This document shows, in pieces, positions 57,152 to 64,000 of a stretch of DNA of 64,000 bases. The translations under genes and the position numbers were made by a program. The DNA is taken from contig JASGJH010000001.1 in assembly GCA_047601445.1 (NCBI GenBank), forward strand, positions 4,384,001 through 4,448,000. The letters are read 5' to 3'. Source of the stretch: Myxococcales bacterium (GTDB taxonomy: Bacteria > Myxococcota_A > Polyangia > Polyangiales > DASUME01). The notes under the pieces were generated by a model. The model was not told the origin of the DNA, did not search any database, and saw only the letters and a program-made list of their open reading frames with translations. Each line of letters begins with the position of its first letter. Positions within the stretch are counted from its first letter, which is position 1.

Positions 57152-57829
57152 ATGCGCGCACTTCTCGGCATGACCGCCTTATCCATCTTCTCCCTTGCCT
57201 GTAAGAGCGAGGTTCCGCGCCCGCCCAAGCCCGGCGAGACCTGTTGGCCCCTTGGCGATCCGTCCATCGGCAGCGGCGAAGAGTTCTGTGACGTTCAGGC
57301 GTGCTTCCCGAAAGAGCGCGCGTTCAGCGCGAATGTGCCGGCGAACGAGACCGGTTTCGTGTGCGACACGCCGGATGGATCGTGCCCGAAGACGGAGGCC
57401 TCCAGTGAGTTCCTGATGACGTACCAAGGCGATGGCTTCGAGGTGGTGCTCTTCGTCTCACCACAGCTATTGCTCGACGGATACTCGACGGCAGGCTTTC
57501 AGAACCATGTTCTGCAAGGCTGGGTGCAGTTTCAAGCCGCACCCTCCTTCCAGGACACGCACGCGTCGACGCAGCGACAGCCTCCAACTGACCAGCTCAG
57601 CGTCCTCTCGTATGCGAACGGCCTCCTGCACGTACAGGTGAAGGCCAGAGGCTTCCAAGCCGGGAAGCTCATCAGCACGCCGCCCTACACGTGCTTCTCG
57701 AACGGCTGGGGTCTGGCCACCTGCACCACCAAGTGGTGCTCGTACGAGTCCGAGGATGGTACGGGCGATGGCGCGTCCATGGTCGTCACGGCGGACATCA
57801 CCGCGCCCGTGGCCCCCATCGCTCCCTGA
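57152..57829 (+). CDS. Cys-containing lipoprotein of unknown function
   Basis: MRALLGMTALSIFSLAC lipobox. Confidence 0.7.
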   Translation: MRALLGMTALSIFSLACKSEVPRPPKPGETCWPLGDPSIGSGEEFCDVQACFPKERAFSANVPANETGFVCDTPDGSCPKTEASSEFLMTYQGDGFEVVLFVSPQLLLDGYSTAGFQNHVLQGWVQFQAAPSFQDTHASTQRQPPTDQLSVLSYANGLLHVQVKARGFQAGKLISTPPYTCFSNGWGLATCTTKWCSYESEDGTGDGASMVVTADITAPVAPIAP

Positions 57830-58087
57830 CCCCGACTTCGTCACCCACGCGCCTAGTGAGCGTGAACAGCAGCTCGAACCTCGGGCGTACACGCGTCCTG
57901 GTCACAGCCCTGCCGCGGGCACGATCGTCTAGGTCGGGCCCCCCGATTCGCGCGCTCCTGCACGCAGGATTCTGAAGTTTTCGCGAGAGAATCGTGATGC
58001 TTCGCGAATCTGTGTCTATCACGGCTAGTCTGCCGGCTCCCTGGGGCGTTCCCGCGGTGGTCGCCCTGGCACATCGAGGAGAACCGT

Positions 58088-59152
58088 ATGCCGTTTCGCG
58101 GATGGCTGAGCCTTTCGAGCGCATCATTTGAACTGTGCTTCACCGGATGGGCCTGCCTTGCCCTGTCGCTTGCTCCAGCGTCCGCTTTGGCCGAGCCGCC
58201 CGGCTACGGCGTGATTGCCTCGGAGCTTCTCTCGCTCGATCGCGTCGAGGCTGCCTTGCCGGAGCTCGCTGCGCAACAGCTCTCGGTCTCCCTGGAGTGG
58301 CCGACTGATGATCTCGACAATCCGCAGCGCTGGGCGCTGGTGCGGCACGCAGAGCAGCTGGGAATCACCATCATTCCCTGGCTGCTCCTACCGGAAGACC
58401 AGGGCTACTGGCCGTGTTCCAGCAATGCGGACCTCTTCGTGGCGAGCGCCCAGAGGTTGATGCAGCGCTGGGCAGAAGAGGGGCTCTCCCCCACCGCGCT
58501 CCTCGTGGACATGGAGATGCACATCGACCGCGAGCGAGATTTCTCGGCGCTCGTGCACGCCCTCGACAACAGCGGAGTCATCGAGTTCCTACGCGCGGGG
58601 ATCGATCGCGAGCAGTTTCGGGACGCGACCGAGCAGTACCGGGAGCTCGCGATCAAGGCGCACACACTCGGCTGGAAGGTGCATCTCACGACCTGGTCTC
58701 AGGTGCTGGAGGACTATGGCGATGGCGACGATGACCTTCGTCAGGCTTTTGGCATTCCGGTCGACCACATTCCATGGGACGGCGTCTTCATCCAGGCATT
58801 CCGCACGGCGACCAATCCCCAGGCCAGCTCGTTTTATGTATACGACTACGCGCTGCGCGCGCGCTCGATCTTCGGAAGGCGCGCCGGCATCGTGCTCGGC
58901 GTTACGCAGCCCGGCATGATCTCCCGAACCGGCTATGCCTCGCCGGCCGACCTTCGCGCCGACGTCGACGCCGCCTACGCGGCTGGACTTCGCCGCGAGC
59001 AAATCGGCCTGATTAGCTTGCGAGGCATCCTCAATCGCCCACCGACAGCGGCCTGGTTCGTGCGACCCCACATCTTTCTCGTGCCACCTCTACCAGACGC
59101 CGCCACGGCCTTCATCCACACGGTGGCTGGCTTTTGGGATCTCCTGCTCTAG
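58088..59152 (+). CDS. Secreted hypothetical protein, possibly TIM-barrel glycosidase-like
   Basis: GAGGAG RBS. Signal ending ALA; alternating beta/alpha pattern (IIPWLLLPEDQGYW, LLVDME). Confidence 0.7.
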   Translation: MPFRGWLSLSSASFELCFTGWACLALSLAPASALAEPPGYGVIASELLSLDRVEAALPELAAQQLSVSLEWPTDDLDNPQRWALVRHAEQLGITIIPWLLLPEDQGYWPCSSNADLFVASAQRLMQRWAEEGLSPTALLVDMEMHIDRERDFSALVHALDNSGVIEFLRAGIDREQFRDATEQYRELAIKAHTLGWKVHLTTWSQVLEDYGDGDDDLRQAFGIPVDHIPWDGVFIQAFRTATNPQASSFYVYDYALRARSIFGRRAGIVLGVTQPGMISRTGYASPADLRADVDAAYAAGLRREQIGLISLRGILNRPPTAAWFVRPHIFLVPPLPDAATAFIHTVAGFWDLLL

Positions 59153-59239
59153 GGATCCGAATCCTCCGCTCGTGGCTCCAGGACAACATCCGGCGCGTGC
59201 AGTTCCCCCAGCACGCCAGGTTTCCGCACCGTGGTAGGG

Positions 59240-59428
59240 TGTCGAGCAGATCGTCATGACGGCGTTGCAAGCGTCGACAGGCGAGATGTCGGCTCGGAGG
59301 ATCCAGACCTGAACCATAGGGCCGGTCTTCGGATCGGCGCTGCCATCCGCAGCGATCGCGACGAGTGGAGCACCGTCGAGAAGAGGGGGATCCGTCCAAA
59401 GAATTCCGGCTGCTTTGCGGCGTTGCAT
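59240..59428 (-). pseudogene. Fragment resembling the N-terminus of a phage-type hypothetical protein
   Basis: LLDGAPLVAIA...KTGPMVQVWILRADISPVDA, after which similarity ends. Family recalled from memory, not verified. Confidence 0.35.
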
Positions 59429-60083
59429 GCTTCTGCGCCTCTGCTGGTCTGCTTTACGTCGCCGTTGCTGCGCCCTTGCTGAGCTGACCAGCCTTTCTGA
59501 GAGCGGGCTCGAACGCGCGTCAAAGGCGCGGAGCGCTGGTGCCCGGAGCGAGTACGCCGCGGCCGGGCTCAGGTCGACCGTAAGGCCTCGCCGTTCCTCG
59601 TCTTGGCTCGCCTGTGCTGCACTCTCTACGGTTACCTACGGCAACCAATGGACGACGAGGAACAAGACCACCACCACTGGGAAGGGCTTCACTTGCTCTA
59701 GGCAGGACTCGTTCAGCGGGTCGGGCGCACATCGGTGCGCACCGACGTGCGCATTGATGAGCGCGGCTGGTCCGCCAGGACTTGAAGTGGGCTCCTAGCG
59801 TCGGCGCCACGAGGACACCCCACCTGCCCCGAAAAAAATGGGCTCTGCACCGCGTGGGAGGCGGTGCAAGTCGCCTCCTTGCACGATGATTTTACAGATC
59901 TTCAAGTCGCCTCGAACGTGACCGCCATCGGGCAACTCAAGAGCCGGTCTACCAGCTGAGCCAGGGACGAAGACGGCACGGGCCTCCAACTACGCGCAAG
60001 GATGGATCGTCACCGCGACGGTGGGTACGGGGCTTGCGAAGGGAGCGATCGATCCGACGGAACTGACTCGAGGAGAAAAACGT

Positions 60084-61613
60084 ATGAACTATGTAAAAAC
60101 GAGTGCCGCGTTGATTCTCAGCGCGCTGTATGGATTGGCAGGTTGCGGCGAGGATCCCAGTGAGGGACCGGACGAGTCCGTTGGGAGCGCAGCGGAGGCA
60201 CTCACTACCAGTGCCGACCAAGGCGGAGGTCAGTTTCTCACGCCAAGCGGGCTGTGCCTGCAGGCGTCGAGTTCGCCGGTCGCGGAGGGCCCCGTCCTGG
60301 TCGGGTCGTGCTCGACCAATGCAGCAACGTTCGCGCTGGGAGTCAGCAGCCGCAACGAAATCGAAGATGGTTCTCAGGGCACCGTCAAGGTTGGAGGCCT
60401 GTGCCTCGAGGCGGACCTGAACGCGCGCACGGTTCGGCTTAGCCGGTGCAACAACTCGGTCGCGCAAGAATGGACTTGGGCATTCGACGGTTTGAGTCCA
60501 GCGACGCAGCATGGCTTGTGCGTCACGGGTCGCGATACATCGGGCAGCCAAGTTGCGCTGGCCGGGTGCGGCGAGAGCTCGCTCAACCAGGCGCTCGTGC
60601 CAGCGTTCTTTCCCATGATGTATGTAAGTTCGATTCCGGCCTCGAGCACCGTCCACGGTCCCCATCCAGCCTACAACCCACCCCACATCCCCCAGGCGGC
60701 GGTCTCGAACCCGCAATGCATGGACGTGTTCCTGGACCTCGAGACGGTGGCGAACTGGCCCATGGACAACTTCCAGTGCAACGCGACGAACGCACAGTGG
60801 CTCTCGTTCAACCGCAACCACGAGCTCCGCACGCCGGAAGGGACTTGTGTTGGTGCGACGAGCGGCTCCGCCAATGCAACCGTGGTGGTGCAGACGTGCA
60901 ATGGTTCGGCGCTACAGAAGTGGGCATATCAGCGCACGGGGCTGATGGTGAACCTAGGCGTCGGGTTGTGGCTCCCAACATTCTGCATGGCAGTGAGTGG
61001 CGGTAGCAACGCCTCGACCGCTCCGCTCGTGCTGTCGAACTGCGCGTATTCGAACACGCCGCCGGGGCAAGTGTGGACCGCGAACCTCATCTGGCCCCAG
61101 GTGGAAAAGCTCACCTTCCAGTCCAAGTATTTCGATGTTTCAGAAGAGAACGGCCAGGCAACCTACACCGTCTACAGCAACGGCAACTTTGCCTATTCGG
61201 GTAACGTTCACGACGCCGGGTTCCTTTCGGACTTCTACGCGATGAGCGTGACCCCAACGAACCCGCCCGGGGGGGTGCATCGACCGCTGATCGTGGCAAG
61301 CGGTGAGGTCTTCGGCACGAGCGCGTTGATCGGGTCGCGCGACAGCGACTGGTCTGTGACTGGTTTCGACCCCGACGTCGCCTGGGCTTTCCCCGCGATG
61401 AAACGCGACGGCGTCACCTTCAACCTGCACATTGCGGGTGCCATCGGTACCGACATAGCCTGGATCACGCCAGAGGTCGTGGTCGCTGTCGTGACCGTTG
61501 CCGCCTGCGTCGCCAATGGCGTGACGGTTTCGGCCGTCAAACAAGACGACCCGACCTCGATAAACAACAGTTCATCGTCGAGCGCCGCGGTGAGCATCTC
61601 GTGCAACCTGTAG
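60084..61613 (+). CDS. Lipoprotein with two ricin-B (QxW) lectin domains
   Basis: GAGGAG RBS; lipobox LAGC. Repeats AQEW, AQW, LQKW and GQVW with paired Cys. Confidence 0.85.
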   Translation: MNYVKTSAALILSALYGLAGCGEDPSEGPDESVGSAAEALTTSADQGGGQFLTPSGLCLQASSSPVAEGPVLVGSCSTNAATFALGVSSRNEIEDGSQGTVKVGGLCLEADLNARTVRLSRCNNSVAQEWTWAFDGLSPATQHGLCVTGRDTSGSQVALAGCGESSLNQALVPAFFPMMYVSSIPASSTVHGPHPAYNPPHIPQAAVSNPQCMDVFLDLETVANWPMDNFQCNATNAQWLSFNRNHELRTPEGTCVGATSGSANATVVVQTCNGSALQKWAYQRTGLMVNLGVGLWLPTFCMAVSGGSNASTAPLVLSNCAYSNTPPGQVWTANLIWPQVEKLTFQSKYFDVSEENGQATYTVYSNGNFAYSGNVHDAGFLSDFYAMSVTPTNPPGGVHRPLIVASGEVFGTSALIGSRDSDWSVTGFDPDVAWAFPAMKRDGVTFNLHIAGAIGTDIAWITPEVVVAVVTVAACVANGVTVSAVKQDDPTSINNSSSSSAAVSISCNL

Positions 61614-61807
61614 AAGTCCGCGAGCGGTCACGGGAGGCCAGCCGGTACGGCTAGTCCTCGCCAAGCCTGTCTCGCGGAAGGTGCGTGCCCTGCCCCCAAA
61701 AGAGGAAGGTTCTGCTCTGAGAGCAGGGAGCCGCGCGCTGGCAGATGTGAGGGTGCCTAAATCGCCGGTTCCGACAAGCGATGTTGGCTTTGCTGTGCCC
61801 TCCGCGC

Positions 61808-62854
61808 TCAGAACACCACGGTCCAGCCGGGGCGGGATGCCGCTTCCTTGGTGTAAGAAACACCGTCGACTTTGAGTCCGTCGGCATTGACGAGGGTGAT
61901 CGTGCCGCCCTTGTTCGAGAGCACGACGGGCGCCTCGACTCGTAGGGTCTTGGCTTCGCCCCCTCCGAGCTTCCCGCGCAGCGGCATGACGCTCTCGGCC
62001 TTGTCGATCAACGCCCAGCCAGAGAGATCGATTTCGACCGGTGACGTGTTCAGAAGTGTGACGGTCTCTACCTCTGGCGTCTTGACGTCGTTGACGCGAG
62101 CTCCGACGATCCTAATCAGGCCATCGGGTCGGTCGACTGTGGGTGGGACATGCGGTCCGAGCGGTGGTTGAGGCGCGGTATCCGAGGGAGGCCCGGAGGT
62201 GTCGACTGAGAGGACGTTCCCGGTCTTATCGTTCGTGTGCCAGGACTGTGTCTGGAACTTCAGAAAGACCGCCACCCACTGCTTGGCCGACGGGAAGTAG
62301 AACAGCAGGCCGCCGTCCTGGAACACTCCATTGTCGCCTGCAAACTGCCCGGACGGGTTTCCCTGATTCATGTGGATGTCGTGGATCCCGTTGCCGGGAA
62401 GGAACCCGAAGACCTTGTCCTTCTTGTTCTCGGGGCCCCACTTCTCGCCGAACGCGTAGATCTCCGCCTCTTCGTCGGACATCGCACGCTGCACGAAATG
62501 GTCGAGCTTCTCGTTGAGATCGTTGTCCGGACCCGGGGCGGCCATCGGCAGTGGGATGAACGAGCGAGGGTCGGCAACGTTGCTGCGGATGTAGTCCAAA
62601 GCGAGCGGATTGGGCGAACCCGTGAGCTTGCGATAGCCGCGCTCGAGCTCCCGAAGGCCCTCGCTGATCGGATGCTCGAAGTGGGAAACGACGAGATACT
62701 CGACTTGGGAGCCGTCCTGCGACTGAACGTTGACCGCGATTCGATAGTCCGTGGTGTCGTCGACTACGTGGATTTGATAGTGCGGATTGCTTCCTGATGC
62801 GAGTGTTCGGTCGATGACCGAGCCCTTCAACACGCCGTAGTTTTTGAGTGGCAC
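61808..62854 (-). CDS. DUF2278 (YukJ-like) protein with C-terminal lamin-tail domain
   Basis: MPLKNYGVLKG, LDYIR, GIHDIHMNQGN and QDGGL. Tail ETVTLLN...IDLSGW...LSNKGGTITL. Confidence 0.85.
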   Translation of the reverse strand: MPLKNYGVLKGSVIDRTLASGSNPHYQIHVVDDTTDYRIAVNVQSQDGSQVEYLVVSHFEHPISEGLRELERGYRKLTGSPNPLALDYIRSNVADPRSFIPLPMAAPGPDNDLNEKLDHFVQRAMSDEEAEIYAFGEKWGPENKKDKVFGFLPGNGIHDIHMNQGNPSGQFAGDNGVFQDGGLLFYFPSAKQWVAVFLKFQTQSWHTNDKTGNVLSVDTSGPPSDTAPQPPLGPHVPPTVDRPDGLIRIVGARVNDVKTPEVETVTLLNTSPVEIDLSGWALIDKAESVMPLRGKLGGGEAKTLRVEAPVVLSNKGGTITLVNADGLKVDGVSYTKEAASRPGWTVVF

Positions 62855-63309
62855 GCCGCATCTCCTTTCGCTTCTTGTCTGGCTGGATACTGCAGGCTGG
62901 CGTCCTCAGTGCAGGGTCGGATCGGAGCCAGTCTTCGAGACAGGAACTACCCGCCCAAGACAGGGGCTCGGACGGCTCCGTCGGGCACTGACACCGCCAA
63001 GGAATCACTAGTCTCTCGATGCGCACCTGAGGCGCAAGACAAATTTAGACGACACTCACATGACGCGAATTGCCGCGCGCCGCATGCGCGGCGAATTGTT
63101 CAAAGATTGAAAGGCATGTGCTCGCGCGTAGTAATTTCATGAGCGCCGCCGTATTGAGCAAGGTTGCTTGACCAGGCTTCGGCAACCACGTCGATCGATC
63201 GCGAGGAGTGACGCGTGAGTGACGCATCGATGATTGACAGGGGATCGGTCGCACCATATCTCAAGGGCAGCTTTCCCGCTTTCTTGGCTAGCGCTCACGG
63301 AGTCCTCCC

Positions 63310-64000
63310 ATGACCACTGCGTTCGACGCCTGGCGCCGCGACGGCAAGACTTATCAGTATTGCGGGCACAACATCTTTTACCGCGATCAAGGCGAGGGTC
63401 CGGTCCTGCTCGCCATCCACGGCTTTCCCAGCGCTTCGTGGGACTTTCAGCCGATCTGGTCGGAGCTCACGGCGCGCTTTCGCGTGATTGCGGCCGACAT
63501 GCTGGGCTACGGCTGGTCCGACAAGCCGCGCCCCTATCGGTACTCCGTGGTCGACCTGGCCTCGTTACATCGAGGACTACTCGCCGGGCTCGGCATCGAG
63601 CGCATCCACATTTTGGCGCACGATGTCGGAGTGTCCGTGGCCGCGGAGTTGCTCGCGCGTCAGCAGCGCAAGGAAGACTCCCTCACGATCGACTCTGTGT
63701 GCTTCTTGAATGGCGGCGTGTTTCCCGAAACTCATCGCCCCCTTCTGGTCCAACGCGCCATGGCGAGCCGCCTGGGCCCGCTGCTTGCGCCCTTGATGCG
63801 CAAACGCGACTACGCACGCGGCATGAACCGTGTGTTCGCGAAGCCGCTTTCGTCCGCGCTCATCGACGAACTGTGGTCGTTGCTGATGCATCAAGATGGG
63901 CGCCGCGTGTTGCCCAACTTGCTCGGCTACATCGCAGAGCGTCGCGTAAACCGCGAGCGCTGGGTACAGCCCATCATCCACCCACAAGTGCCTATCCGCT
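63310..64000 (+). CDS. Alpha/beta hydrolase (epoxide hydrolase/MEST-like); 3' end outside window
   Basis: ATG 63310 after GGAG. Motifs IHGFPSASWD, DMLGYGWSDKP and LAHDVG (Asp nucleophile). Open to the window end. Confidence 0.85.
   Translation, partial: MTTAFDAWRRDGKTYQYCGHNIFYRDQGEGPVLLAIHGFPSASWDFQPIWSELTARFRVIAADMLGYGWSDKPRPYRYSVVDLASLHRGLLAGLGIERIHILAHDVGVSVAAELLARQQRKEDSLTIDSVCFLNGGVFPETHRPLLVQRAMASRLGPLLAPLMRKRDYARGMNRVFAKPLSSALIDELWSLLMHQDGRRVLPNLLGYIAERRVNRERWVQPIIHPQVPIR

Noticed and set aside
1..64000. CRISPR array, rRNA, intact tRNA, transposase or integrase
   Set aside because: No regularly spaced repeats, cloverleaf or recombinase motifs were found by eye.

Overview
GC-rich 64 kb bacterial window. 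The many Cys-rich lipoproteins with DAG-type linkers suggest a myxobacterium, but that is an inference. The window is almost all accessory DNA; no rRNA, intact tRNA, CRISPR array or intact transposase/integrase was found. Family assignments are by eye from motifs, not from database searches. Main contents: (1) a patatin 3' end followed by a 953-aa protein with pore-forming-like features. (2) A LysR/old-yellow-enzyme pair. (3) A TNT-like toxin candidate and an M35-like peptidase. (4) A tightly coupled ~17 kb minus-strand operon: DUF2515-like, HEAT+DUF6603, three giant uncharacterised proteins, a protein ending in a catalytically dead HQxxH zincin domain, and DUF5995-like. (5) A regulatory island in which a membrane-anchored ECF-like sigma gene and two secreted-protein genes share an ungapped 26-bp upstream motif, divergent from an XRE/EamA-like/PRTase-like unit. 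(6) A hydrolase-caspase-unknown triplet. (7) A signal-less S8 protease beside an S1/P1 nuclease whose Zn-binding N-terminus is masked by a 60-aa extension. (8) Secreted hydrolases, lipoproteins and several gene remnants. The best candidates for undescribed systems are the DUF6603 operon, the S8 + pro-S1/P1 pair and the tethered-sigma regulon.
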